Assembly: GCA_963663765.2 (NCBI GenBank) | Contig: CAXXUA010000005.1 | Coordinates: 832,001-896,000, forward strand | Length of the DNA stretch: 64,000 bases | Source of the DNA: Candidatus Poribacteria bacterium | Lineage (GTDB): Bacteria > Poribacteria > WGA-4E > WGA-3G | Reading direction: 5' to 3' | Part shown: positions 18,141 to 28,846 of the stretch, in pieces | Numbering within the stretch: position 1 is the stretch's first letter | Layout: the number at the start of each line of letters is the position of its first letter | Position numbers and translations under genes: made by a program | The notes under the pieces: model-generated | Database searches by the model: none | What the model saw: only the letters and a program-made list of their open reading frames with translations | Told to the model about the DNA's origin: nothing

Positions 18141-19267
18141 TTACTCTATTTCCTTAGGATTATTATACAATTCCCAGTAACCTGAGCCTTTCTCAACATT
18201 TTTTGCAGATCCTTGTTTTGCAAGAGCTTGCAATGCGCTATTGAAAAGCTGATCTATAGCCGATTTTGCATCCAGTCCACCCCGAACTTGATGAATTTTA
18301 GTTACTTCATCAGAACTTACGCAAAAACGGTAGGCGTGCTTTGTAAGCGCGCTGGAAACCTATAAAAATACTGATTAATTACATCATTTTCAACATAATT
18401 CTTGATTAAATCAAGAAAACTGCGTAAGTCCTGTTCATTTATAATATCTTGTTTTTTAGTTTTCCCTTTATCTCCGAATAATTCTATAATAAGAGGTCTT
18501 GCCATCTTACCTGTAAGATACTTGCCTGCGTAATCGTACTTGTAACTTGACTGTTTATCAGAAATTACATCCATATTTGGGGTAGGTGTTGGTTCCACTG
18601 GTGGTGCATATAAGTTTTGCAGAAATGTTATCACGTGTTCTGGGGTAGGACGCTTGCCACATAGTTCTGATGTCTTTTCAACAATGATTTTCAGTAGAAG
18701 TTCATTCTGTTCTTTTACTAAAAGGTTCCATGCTTCTGGTACCCCTTTTTGAATCTGTCTTTCATAAACCACGTTCTGATAGTCTTCAGCAATGACTTTC
18801 ACCATCTTTCCTGTCTTTACACTTTCATAATTCAGGTACCTGTTTAGGCGTTCGGCGATTTCATCGCTTTTTCCACCGATAAGATCCAATTCGTGTACCA
18901 GCCGGTCTTTGTAATTCCCGGTACCTGCGGGGTAAAAAAAACGCCATTTCTGCCCATCAGTAAGAACAACAATCGGAACCCCTTCAATAAAAGCATATTC
19001 AAACAGCTGCTTTTCTGCTCCTTGAATTTTTCCCACCTGCTTAACTTCAATAAAAATGATGGGCTTTTCTGGTGGATGACAAAGTGCAAAGTCAACTCTC
19101 CTTCCCTCAACTGAGTATTCAGAGATGATAATTTGAGGACTGAACATTGGCCATTGCAATACCTGAAGCAGTCTATTCACAATATGATTAGAAACAGCAG
19201 ACTCATCTTTATATGCGTTTTTTTCTAAATTATTACGAATATCATCAATATGTTCTATAAGTGTCAT
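18141..19267 (-). pseudogene. HsdR-N-like PD-(D/E)xK endonuclease with C-terminal winged helix, interrupted by a MITE
   Basis: EYSVEGRRVDFAL..IFIEVK..QLFEYA..VLTDG..WRF. Removing 18311-18433 plus one TSD restores NEVTKIHQVRGGLDAKSAIDQLFNSALQALAKQGSAKNVEKGSGYWELYNNPKEIE*. Confidence 0.8.
18311..18433 (+). mobile_element. MITE family B inside the endonuclease gene
   Basis: CAGAACTTACGCA...TGCGTAAGTCCTG with 5-bp duplication TTCAT. Confidence 0.9.
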
Positions 19268-19414
19268 TCGTATTCAATGCCTCTAATAAAAGTAAAGGTT
19301 TTGAGCATTTAATGGTACGGCATGAGTGTAAGATTACCTTCAATAACGCGACACATTCAATTGGTAAAATGATAGCATATTGTAGGAAATATTGCCATGA
19401 AATAACAAACCGAC

Positions 19415-19697
19415 CAGGGATATTCAGTTTTCAATATTTTTGATAGTATTTTGCTATGTCGTTAATTTTATGTGTTGCCATCTTGTCCGTGTCTTTAGTC
19501 CCGTAGGGACAATATGTTTATAGAAAAATGGTATATAACACTCTTGAGTTCCGTAGGAACGGCATAGAAGAATAAACATATCGTCCCTGCGGGACTAAAG
19601 AGCGATGTTCATGTTTCAATAATCTAAAATTGATGTATTGGGTATTAACTTTCAGTAAATCTCAATAACAGAAAACTTTTAAAACTGAATAACCCTA
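19415..19697 (+). mobile_element. MITE family A (shortened)
   Basis: CAGGGATATTCAGTTTT...AAAACTGAATAACCCTA, flanked by CAAACCGAC on both sides (19406-19414, 19698-19706). Confidence 0.9.
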
Positions 19698-19755
19698 CAA
19701 ACCGACCAAGAACACACATTGCAAGACTACAACGATTAATGTACTGCGTTTGGCA

Positions 19756-21963
19756 TCATATCGTACCTGCCATCTTGCGTGCAACCCAAAATAACGCAAG
19801 CAGTAAGATAATCAGTCCGCCCCAAAGCGGGTGTGACCAGATACGTGTGCGTTTATCAATCGGTTCAGGTTCTGGGATCGCTGCCAGATGATCTAACAAC
19901 GTTCCTACTTCATCAACTTTTACTAACTTTCCTTTAGTGATTTGTGATATTTCGTCAAGGACATCAAAACGTGCCAATCGTCCTTGCTGCTCTCTGTTCA
20001 ATCCTTGTACTGAAAGTTCTGTTTGCACAGCAGCACCTGTTTCACTGCTTGTCGCGACAAGACGGTAATTTCCAGATTCTTTCGGTTCAAATGTTCCAAC
20101 AAACAATCCTAAAGCATCCTCTATCCCTGGTTGTAACCGAATTGTCTCAGTTTTTCCAGTAGGAGAAATCGCTTGGACAGTGACTGTACCTCTATCCAAA
20201 GGACCACCGACATTGTCCATCACGTTAGCATTCAATGTTAGGATATCATCCACATGGGGTCGATCAGGTGAGTAGAATAGTCGTATGGCTTCTCCTTGTG
20301 CCATCTGTCTGCGATATGCCATCCAACGTGCGACTTGACTCCAGAAACGGTAGTGATACTTGTCTTCTACACCGTGTCGCCACCGCCATGCACTGTCCGT
20401 TCCCATAAACAACACTTTACCTGTGCCGTAAGTTTTTGTAACGATAAGCGGTACTCTCCCAGAAATTGTGGAAGCTTGGTCGTGCACTGCCAATATCTCT
20501 GTGCCTACTTTTGCACGTTCAATACCCGCGTACCAGTAAAACCCTGGCAGTGTGCGCCACACATCGCTATTGTCAAGGTCAGTATCACCGAGACGTGTTA
20601 ACAAACTACGTTGTCCGGGTTCAGTGAGAGTGAAATATCCTTGAACACTTGAACCGAATCCATTCGGTTTTGCGGCGTCTATAACAACTGGATAAAGATC
20701 CGCAAGTGGACCGGTCATCAATGAACTTTGTCCCCCAGTGCGACCCGGAATGAAGACGATACCCGAGGCTTGTGCACTAACGAGTTGTCGTAAGTCTTGT
20801 GCTTGTTCAGCAGTGAGTTGTTCGGGCGATATACCCACATCTCCAAGAAACACAACGTCAAATTCGCTGAGTTCTCTTGCATCGGGGAAATGTTTGATGT
20901 AACTGCGACCTCCTCCGACCTGCGGTAATTTCGGATGATATAATAGACAAGTTAATTCAACACCTGCATCCCGTTCTAAAGCATTGCGTAAGTATCGGTA
21001 CTCCCACCGTGGGTAGGATTCAATGACAAGAACTTTCAACTGCTCTTTACGAATAGATATAGGTGCGGAAAGCTCATTATTTTCCGGGATCAACTCTCTT
21101 ATATCTGGTGTAACACGCAGATTGAGGGTATACTCTCCTGTTTCCTGCGGTGTCCACGCGATATTGTCTTGGGCTTGTCCCATAGCAGGCACAGTGATAA
21201 CTTTGGTAACCGTTGATTTATCATCAATACTTAATGTAAGGTTGACATCTCTGTCTTGTCCAATAGTGTTTCGGACGACAAATGGGATACGCAATTGCTT
21301 TTTTGTTACGCCATACGTTGGTGCGTCTATACTGACTAACTCAATATCGGGTAAGGGAACTTCACTGCCAACACTAACCGTGAAAACCGGCACCCCTTGC
21401 ATGAGAAACCGTCTTGCAGCCTTCTCAGGTGAGTCACCGATATTCCAATCCCCATCAGATAGAAGGACTACGCCTCGAAGGTTAGAATAGTTATCTAAAA
21501 TGTGCGACAGTCCAGCGTTTATGTCTGTGGCTTCTTCTGCGGGGTCTATCAATGAAGAAAATGACTCAAATACTACGGTGAGATCAGTATCTTCTTCTGT
21601 TTTCCAAACTTCCTCGGACAGCAGTGGTTGTATTATTTCTTCGCGACTTCTGCGTTTGGCAGCGGTGTCTTTTTCGTCAATTATATCTTGCGTTTTCATA
21701 CTGTTTGATTTATCCCATAGCACAGCAAGTGTTGAACGGAGTTCAGGAGGTTGGGATTCAATCCATTCGGGTTGATTTAGTGTTGCAACCACGAGACAAA
21801 CGAGTGCAAACCGAAGAAATTCAAGCAATGCGATACGTTTTCGGTAGCCGCTGCGGTGCCATGCAAATACGCACAGCGCAGCGGTTATGATGACAACGAT
21901 CAATCCTAAAATGAGGATGGAGTTGTTTGTGAAGAATTCTATGTGTCCTTGTGGGTCTTGCAT
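19756..21963 (-). CDS. Membrane vWA + glutamine-amidotransferase-like domain protein
   Basis: VLWDKSNSM (MIDAS), VVLLSDGDWN, KVLVIESYPRWEYRYLRNAL, YGTGKVLFMGTDSAWRWR; TM segments at both ends. Confidence 0.85.
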   Translation of the reverse strand: MQDPQGHIEFFTNNSILILGLIVVIITAALCVFAWHRSGYRKRIALLEFLRFALVCLVVATLNQPEWIESQPPELRSTLAVLWDKSNSMKTQDIIDEKDTAAKRRSREEIIQPLLSEEVWKTEEDTDLTVVFESFSSLIDPAEEATDINAGLSHILDNYSNLRGVVLLSDGDWNIGDSPEKAARRFLMQGVPVFTVSVGSEVPLPDIELVSIDAPTYGVTKKQLRIPFVVRNTIGQDRDVNLTLSIDDKSTVTKVITVPAMGQAQDNIAWTPQETGEYTLNLRVTPDIRELIPENNELSAPISIRKEQLKVLVIESYPRWEYRYLRNALERDAGVELTCLLYHPKLPQVGGGRSYIKHFPDARELSEFDVVFLGDVGISPEQLTAEQAQDLRQLVSAQASGIVFIPGRTGGQSSLMTGPLADLYPVVIDAAKPNGFGSSVQGYFTLTEPGQRSLLTRLGDTDLDNSDVWRTLPGFYWYAGIERAKVGTEILAVHDQASTISGRVPLIVTKTYGTGKVLFMGTDSAWRWRHGVEDKYHYRFWSQVARWMAYRRQMAQGEAIRLFYSPDRPHVDDILTLNANVMDNVGGPLDRGTVTVQAISPTGKTETIRLQPGIEDALGLFVGTFEPKESGNYRLVATSSETGAAVQTELSVQGLNREQQGRLARFDVLDEISQITKGKLVKVDEVGTLLDHLAAIPEPEPIDKRTRIWSHPLWGGLIILLLALFWVARKMAGTI

Positions 21964-21987
21964 GTTTGTTGTGTATCTCCGAATATG

Positions 21988-24900
21988 TTAAAACATTCTT
22001 TCTTCGCGGATTTTTGAATGTTCAATTTGCTCTTTGAGAAAAGGTACAAATTCGTTAATCCAACGATTGACTCTATCATCATTATCGTTGTTTTGAATGT
22101 CAACTAATTTTTGAACTTTCTCTTCGTAGTGTAGACTAGCAGGTCCCCAGAATGCTTCTGATGAATAATTTGATATCAATGTATTTCTAACATCTTCTCT
22201 ATCTCCATATCTTACAAGAAGATCGCGTGCCAGCGAATCATTCCATTCTTCAATCAATAGAGTTTTTGGGACAAATTCACTTGCAAGATACCACGCGCGG
22301 TTTTCCACGTCTTTGTTAATCCATTCCCAGATATATTCGCGTGGGATTAAGGTTAATGCTCCTTTTTCTTTATCTTCTTCTTTATCCGATAGATCTGCTT
22401 CTCTAAGCCAATTTCCTATGGATATGGTTCTTGAAAAATTGTCATATTTCCCCAAGTATTTACTAACGTAATTCCATACTTCAGCGGGATGTTGTTTAGT
22501 TGCCTCTGTGAGGAATGTGCAACTCTGTGAGAAAGAATCAAACATTGTTTTATCGTTTCCAAAGGAAACTAGCATGAGTTTTGCTAATTCTAAAGCTTTC
22601 TGTGGATTGAGGGATAGAAATGTTTTTGCAATTTCTGTCCAATAGAAATCTGTCATTGTACTATAATGATAATTGTCGGAATCATTATATAATTCTGAGT
22701 GTGAAAGGAGGCAATATGTAGTTTCATCCGGTAAAGTAGGTTCTGGTTTTTGAGAAATGTAGTAATTGTAGAACAACTTTAATGCGATTTCTACGGCTGA
22801 TCTGTCTGATTTTTTCAATAGAAATTCTATCCAAGTCTTAAACACATTTTCAGATAAACTGGTTATTGCATTTCGGAATATGAAAATTTCAAAATCATAG
22901 ATATTAATAATACCGCTTTTTGCAAGGTTAAGAATGCGAAGTCCAGCTTGATCAGTAAGACCTGAATAATGTGTGAGTGATGGAACGATTGTATTCAGTG
23001 TAGTATCCTTACGGAGATTGTCAAGTTGTGCTTCCCATTGTTTCATGTCTTTATCAAATATTGCATGGAAATAACCACCCAGAAAATAAGTGCTCGCATT
23101 GTCTACCGCGCTTCGTTGAGCATCAAGAAGCGTTGGTAAAAGTGATAGTTCCTCATCTTGCTGTCCGAGTTCATTCCCAAATCTATTTCCATTCTTTGCG
23201 TCTGTAGTAACAAGCCATGATAATTCTGATTTTAAAAGGTCCGGATTATCAATAGATTGCTTAGCAAGTGTTTCAAGATACAGTTGTGTAGGATTAACTC
23301 CCTCCTCGTGTTCAAGCAGTTCGTCTTCAAGGAGATCCATCCCAACATAACGTTGCATTTGCGAATGATAGTCGGAACCAATCAATCCATCTCTTATTTC
23401 CTCAAAACGTTGACGAACTACAGAAGGTAGTCCCTTATTGTCAATATAAGAATCATCATGAAACAAGATACGACTAATAGTTTCAATGATTTGTTTTCCA
23501 CTTGCATATTTCTTTTCGGTTATTGTTTCAACCGTATTCACAATCATATCACCTAATGCAGGAATTCTTCCAAGCGATCCTGCACGCCCAAGAAGAATTC
23601 CTACTGCTTCTTTACGTTCTCCTTCAGGTAAATGTTCTAATTGTTCGGATAAAAGTTGCCATATTTGACTGTACGCATCCCACCATTCACCGTAAGTCTT
23701 AGGTTCCCAAAGTTTAGGTATTCCGCGTAATCCTTGATATTCTGCTCCGGAAGTCCGTGAGAAATGATCGGATATTAAACCTTTATTACAAGCTTTAATC
23801 GCAAGGGTTTGACGTTCTTTTGAACCAGACTCAAATGCTTCCTTTAAAATTGGCAAACGTTCTATTGGGGATGCTTCTGTGGGTGCTACTCCACCTGGTC
23901 CTAATGAGAAAAGATCAGCAAAAACTCCGCTTGCATTGTTTGATATTCTTTCATTCTCCGCTTCGCCGAGTGCAAGGAGTAATCTTGCTGCATCAGGAAA
24001 CAACTTTTGCCATATAGCAATCTTTTCAAGTGCCCAAATCACCAATCTCCGTCCATCAGTGAATTTCAAAAGGGTTTCTTTATCCCAAGTACCGATTGTT
24101 CGCATTAAACACTTTAAAGCAGATTCTGGATCTGCCTCACTCAAAGCGAGAAAAAAACGACTACCCATCCTTGTCTTCAAATATTTATTATCCTGAAATG
24201 GCCCATTTGGTCCAAGCAGTTTCTTGACAACATTTAATGCCGCTTCTGACTCAGCTGCATAGACAAACATATCATAGAAATATTCTACCAATTCTGGTTC
24301 TAAATCTTGAGTAAAGGTTTCAAGATTGAAGGTCAGGCGGCGAATTTCCCACCACTGCGTCCATAGTTTAATGTGAAGTGCTTTTGGAGTAATATAAAGT
24401 GTAAACTCACCTTGAAGGATCTTTCGATCTCTCAGCTGATGGATTATTGAGTGAAACTTATCCAAAGTGATCCGATTGTCAGCCTCTATAACTTTTTTGG
24501 CAATTGCTTCAGCCTCTGAAGCAACAGTCCTTTCAAATCCGAATCGCTTAAAAAGTGATAGATATTGAAGTACCAATCTCCGTTGTTCTGTCTGTTCTCT
24601 GTTTGGCTCATCTCCAGCAACAATATAGCGTTCCCAGATATCAACTGTTCCGGGAGGTTTAAGCAAATCTTCTGGATGATTTACTAAGTTCTCACCGATG
24701 ACGTGTGCAACTCTTGGTGAACCACTACAGAGTTCAGCCCATCTATTAGCATCAGCATTGGATATATTAGTATAACTCTGAACAATACTACAAATCTGTT
24801 CATTATCCAGCGGTGGGGCATCATAGTAGTTAATATCTCCAGATTTTTCCTCATAGTCATTATAGATAGTGATCAATTTTATCTTTGAACCACGATGTTT

Positions 24901-25806
24901 AAGTTTATTCCAGAAATATGATCTATTGTCGGGATTACACTCATCTATTATTAGCACAACTGAGAAAGAGTTATCGTCTCGGAGAATTTCATTCAGTAAA
25001 ACACTATCTAAGAATTGAGAGGCGGTACAGTAAACAACAAGTGGAGATAAATCATCAACCTTCGTTGCTTCTAAGACAAGTTTAGTTTTTCCGATGCCAG
25101 GTTCACCCAACACCCGCAGGTGAACTGTGTCGTTGTTTCGTCTTAATTCATCTTGGATTTCTAATATCTGATCGTTCTGTGATTCTCCTGAGACAAATGA
25201 GAGCTGCATAGTTGCATCTTCAGACCAACTCTGATGGGTTTGGAAAAATCCTCTATCATTTCCATTGACCCACAATGCTAATGATGGAAACATCTCAAGG
25301 AAGGTTATAAGAGTATTCTGACTCCACACTTCAACCTTCGGAGTTTGATAACCACATTGCTCTAAATACCCTTTAATTTTATTCAAAATTTCTCTATATT
25401 CGCTATCAACAAGATCGATTCCGGTGCAGACTAATACGTAGGTTCCTCCCGATTCATCTTCAAGACATGCTCGAATGCCATCTTTAAGATTTTGTTCATT
25501 AGCCTCATTTTCGCTGCCGAAGAGTTCATCCTTAATATTTGGCTTTGTTTTCCCAGACTTTATCTGGTAACTGGTTTTTCCTTGCTGAATTAATCCGCTT
25601 CCTATTGGCATCTGAGTATCACTAACAGATGCATCGATACCACCGTCTCGGACATTAACACGGTGTGAGATATTAATCTTGCTTAGTTCTATTCCGAGTT
25701 TGCGCGCTTCTGCCCAAAGCAGCTTCCGGCAAAATTCGACAGATGTTTTTTGATCAAGTTGGTTTAGATGATGATTGTTTACGGTAAAAATAGTATCAAT
25801 ATTCAT
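21988..25806 (-). CDS. Mrr-like nuclease - STAND NTPase - helical repeat protein (Avs-like candidate)
   Basis: N-terminal RDGGIDA...YQIKS, Walker A GEPGIGKT, Walker B VLIIDEC, LCSGSPRVA (GxP), and a long alpha-helical C-terminus. Confidence 0.7.
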   Translation of the reverse strand: MNIDTIFTVNNHHLNQLDQKTSVEFCRKLLWAEARKLGIELSKINISHRVNVRDGGIDASVSDTQMPIGSGLIQQGKTSYQIKSGKTKPNIKDELFGSENEANEQNLKDGIRACLEDESGGTYVLVCTGIDLVDSEYREILNKIKGYLEQCGYQTPKVEVWSQNTLITFLEMFPSLALWVNGNDRGFFQTHQSWSEDATMQLSFVSGESQNDQILEIQDELRRNNDTVHLRVLGEPGIGKTKLVLEATKVDDLSPLVVYCTASQFLDSVLLNEILRDDNSFSVVLIIDECNPDNRSYFWNKLKHRGSKIKLITIYNDYEEKSGDINYYDAPPLDNEQICSIVQSYTNISNADANRWAELCSGSPRVAHVIGENLVNHPEDLLKPPGTVDIWERYIVAGDEPNREQTEQRRLVLQYLSLFKRFGFERTVASEAEAIAKKVIEADNRITLDKFHSIIHQLRDRKILQGEFTLYITPKALHIKLWTQWWEIRRLTFNLETFTQDLEPELVEYFYDMFVYAAESEAALNVVKKLLGPNGPFQDNKYLKTRMGSRFFLALSEADPESALKCLMRTIGTWDKETLLKFTDGRRLVIWALEKIAIWQKLFPDAARLLLALGEAENERISNNASGVFADLFSLGPGGVAPTEASPIERLPILKEAFESGSKERQTLAIKACNKGLISDHFSRTSGAEYQGLRGIPKLWEPKTYGEWWDAYSQIWQLLSEQLEHLPEGERKEAVGILLGRAGSLGRIPALGDMIVNTVETITEKKYASGKQIIETISRILFHDDSYIDNKGLPSVVRQRFEEIRDGLIGSDYHSQMQRYVGMDLLEDELLEHEEGVNPTQLYLETLAKQSIDNPDLLKSELSWLVTTDAKNGNRFGNELGQQDEELSLLPTLLDAQRSAVDNASTYFLGGYFHAIFDKDMKQWEAQLDNLRKDTTLNTIVPSLTHYSGLTDQAGLRILNLAKSGIINIYDFEIFIFRNAITSLSENVFKTWIEFLLKKSDRSAVEIALKLFYNYYISQKPEPTLPDETTYCLLSHSELYNDSDNYHYSTMTDFYWTEIAKTFLSLNPQKALELAKLMLVSFGNDKTMFDSFSQSCTFLTEATKQHPAEVWNYVSKYLGKYDNFSRTISIGNWLREADLSDKEEDKEKGALTLIPREYIWEWINKDVENRAWYLASEFVPKTLLIEEWNDSLARDLLVRYGDREDVRNTLISNYSSEAFWGPASLHYEEKVQKLVDIQNNDNDDRVNRWINEFVPFLKEQIEHSKIREERMF

Positions 25807-25832
25807 TGTTTTCTCCTACAATCTTTTAAAGT

Positions 25833-27854
25833 TCAATCAGCCTCACTGCCAGCAGGGGCAAATTCAACTGCAGGATTACTCTCAACTCGCTTACTTGGCA
25901 GACTTAACACCGCTTCCACAATGAGTGCTACCAACATTGCAATAAGAAAAATACGCCAGAGTTCATTCGCTAACGAGGAGGTATCTCCAACCTCAACATC
26001 TATACGTCGGTAGGACAAATCACCAAAGAGGGCATCAACCTTCTCAACGGGTGCTGCGTTAGCAATATCTTCCGCATGACTTCGATTTACTGCCACCCAA
26101 TACGCTTCATCTTGATAGACACCAGCGTGCAATCCACGTTGTGAAAGCGATGCAGCATTTTCTTTGGGGGCAACCACTTCCCATTGTTCTCGGTCTGCAA
26201 GTGCATCAGAAGCAGCATCGCGTTGGGAGGCATCTGTCAATGCACGACATCCTTCCGCTAAAGCACGTTGCAACATCACATAAAACACCACCCCATCACG
26301 TTCAAAAGACGAAAACTGAGCGGTTGGAAGGGTGCTACAAAAATACACTGCCCCAGAGTCAGTATTGACACGGGTTAACAGCGGTGAATCGTCACCAAAC
26401 CGTGCTAATGTTGTTCCTATGCTATCGTGAGAACGATATTGGTAGGTGCGTAGGTCGTTTAACGGCAAAGGATCACCACTGTCTGTATGTGATAGTAAGT
26501 CTGTATCACTACGCCACCATGAAACTTCAGAACTTTGCTCATCCTCAGGTTTTTGCCAGTCACTCCAACGTGTTTCAAACATCTGTCCACCAGCATTCTG
26601 ATGTGGCGGAAAGAAGATAACAACACGGCCACTGTTGACAAAACTCTGTATCTGTTCAGCAACCAATTCATTGGGTAATGCTGCCTGCCAAATCAATAAG
26701 CCTGAGTTTTCCCAATCAATCTCACCGATGCGTTTCGTTTGATACACCTCTGCCTGATGTTGAAGTCGTGCGTCTGGTGGAATAGTAAGTGCTCGCCGAA
26801 AGGTCTCCCCTGTTCTGGCATCATCAGTGACAATTACTGTTTTTCGCACTGGTGGTTCAGAAAAGACAAAGAAAAACCGGTTGTCCAATGGGTTTGCATC
26901 CCCCGGTAACCCGACTGAACCCCATCCAGATGTTAACGAACCATCAATAGGAATACTGTGTCCCTGTATAGATCCACCAAGCAGGTCAAGTTCTATTTCC
27001 ACGACTGATCGAACATTATTTACTTCAAACTCAATCGGTACTTTTCGCGTTGCAGTATTATTACCATCACTGCGAACCATGACATCAAGTATCAATTCCC
27101 CCTCATTTGCTCTGTGCCAACGCTGCACGTTTTCCACCCTAACCGATAAGTTGTTAGAAGATGGTGCTGAGTATGCAAGTAGGAAATGATGTACATTGTC
27201 TAATTGGGCAAATTCCTCACGTATGGCATCCCAACGTCCACTGCCCACAGTCCAATCGTTTTCGTGCAGGTCGGAACAGAGCCATATTTCAGCGCGTCCA
27301 GAATTGTTTGCCTTTAGATAAGTTAATGCTGACTCATACATGCCCGGTATATTGGCACTCGTGGCACTTGCTTCGGTCATAGGAAGGCTTAGTAATGCTT
27401 GAGGAGAGTCTACTTCTTGTAGTTCTCCGGTCGCACTATCAATTAGGATCAACTGTGTCCCATAATCCCCTTGTTCCAGTAAGTCTACCAACCTTTTAAG
27501 TGCCGTGGATCTTTTTGACTCTCCTGCCTGTAGGTCTTGTGTCTCCATACTTGCAGATCGGTCAAGGAGCACCATCGTAATATCAGGTTTTGCAAATCCT
27601 ATACTCCCTAACCATCCACCAGAAAGGGGTCTACTGATGGCAAAAATAAGTGCTGCAATGGCAAGGACACGCATCAACAAAATGAGTATATGACGTATGC
27701 GTGCCATACCCTTGCTCATGCGTTTCGCGGTCATGAGAAACATCATTGCTGCCCACGCCACAGTACGGTGTCGTTGTTGATTGATAAGATGAATGATAAC
27801 TGGTAGCAACACTAAAGGAAGTGCTATTAATGTAAGTGGTTGTAAGAAATTCAT
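25833..27854 (-). CDS. BatA-N / vWA domain membrane protein
   Basis: MNFLQP..LPVIIHLINQ...WAAMMFL (BatA N-terminus), VLLDRSASM, LCSDL, and a C-terminal TM after ELWR. Confidence 0.9.
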   Translation of the reverse strand: MNFLQPLTLIALPLVLLPVIIHLINQQRHRTVAWAAMMFLMTAKRMSKGMARIRHILILLMRVLAIAALIFAISRPLSGGWLGSIGFAKPDITMVLLDRSASMETQDLQAGESKRSTALKRLVDLLEQGDYGTQLILIDSATGELQEVDSPQALLSLPMTEASATSANIPGMYESALTYLKANNSGRAEIWLCSDLHENDWTVGSGRWDAIREEFAQLDNVHHFLLAYSAPSSNNLSVRVENVQRWHRANEGELILDVMVRSDGNNTATRKVPIEFEVNNVRSVVEIELDLLGGSIQGHSIPIDGSLTSGWGSVGLPGDANPLDNRFFFVFSEPPVRKTVIVTDDARTGETFRRALTIPPDARLQHQAEVYQTKRIGEIDWENSGLLIWQAALPNELVAEQIQSFVNSGRVVIFFPPHQNAGGQMFETRWSDWQKPEDEQSSEVSWWRSDTDLLSHTDSGDPLPLNDLRTYQYRSHDSIGTTLARFGDDSPLLTRVNTDSGAVYFCSTLPTAQFSSFERDGVVFYVMLQRALAEGCRALTDASQRDAASDALADREQWEVVAPKENAASLSQRGLHAGVYQDEAYWVAVNRSHAEDIANAAPVEKVDALFGDLSYRRIDVEVGDTSSLANELWRIFLIAMLVALIVEAVLSLPSKRVESNPAVEFAPAGSEAD

Positions 27855-27938
27855 AGTTTTTTGGCTTTTAATTATCGGTTGTCAACTATCAGTTCTCAGT
27901 CTTTTTTGAAAGCCGATAGCCGATTGCTGATTGTCATA

Positions 27939-28844
27939 TTACGCTCGTTTCTTGGGTGTTCGTCCTAAAAGAAATTTTGCTAAAACATCCCCATAGTCAT
28001 CATTGATACAGATGCGATGATAATCAATTTCGGTGTCTTGGATTACCTCATTCATGCTTTCAAGGTAAACATCAAGTGCACGTCGGTACTGCTCACCGAT
28101 AATGATAGGATCCGCTAAGATAGCTTCACCACCCTCCATGTCAACAAAACGTACCGGACGATCAAAATCAAAATCAAGTTCGTTTTGCTCCATAAGATGG
28201 AACACTGCCACATCATGCTTACGGAAACGCAAATGCTCAAAACAGTTTCTGACGACTTCAGGATCAATGAACAGATCAGATATGATAATGATGAGAGCTC
28301 TTTGCGGGACACGTTCAGCAGCTTCGTGAAGAGCTTCTGCGAACCCTGTTTCTCCGGACGGTTCTACCGTTCCGAGTTCATCAAGGACAGCACTGAGATG
28401 TGTGGCACTTCGTTTTGGTGGGATTTCTTTGTGGAATTGTGTCCCCGCGCAGTAGAGTCCAACAGCATCGCCTTGAAGCGCAGCAATATAGGCTAAAGTG
28501 CCACCAATACGGCGTGCATAATCAAGTTTGCTCATACCGTTGTACGCATACCCCATGGAACCGCTGGTATCAACCATTAAGCACATACGAAGGTTTGTAT
28601 CTGCTTCAAACTCTTTGATATAGTAGCGGTCATTACGGGCATAAGCACGCCAGTCCAGACGGCGAGTATCATCACCCGGTACATATTTGCGGTACTCAGC
28701 AAACTCAAGACTTGAACCCCGAATCGGACTGCGATGTTTGCCAGATACATTCCCTATCATAGGTAGACGGGCATGCAGTTGCAACGTAGACAGACGTTCA
28801 AGCACTTTCTGGTCGAGATAATCCCGTTTGAGTTGTAGTGCCAT
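27939..28844 (-). CDS. DUF58 (vWA-like) protein
   Basis: GKHRS..GSSLEFAEYRKYVPGDD.RRLDWR.YAR, VDTSGSM and IISDL. Confidence 0.95.
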   Translation of the reverse strand: MALQLKRDYLDQKVLERLSTLQLHARLPMIGNVSGKHRSPIRGSSLEFAEYRKYVPGDDTRRLDWRAYARNDRYYIKEFEADTNLRMCLMVDTSGSMGYAYNGMSKLDYARRIGGTLAYIAALQGDAVGLYCAGTQFHKEIPPKRSATHLSAVLDELGTVEPSGETGFAEALHEAAERVPQRALIIIISDLFIDPEVVRNCFEHLRFRKHDVAVFHLMEQNELDFDFDRPVRFVDMEGGEAILADPIIIGEQYRRALDVYLESMNEVIQDTEIDYHRICINDDYGDVLAKFLLGRTPKKRA

Positions 28845-28846
28845 AA

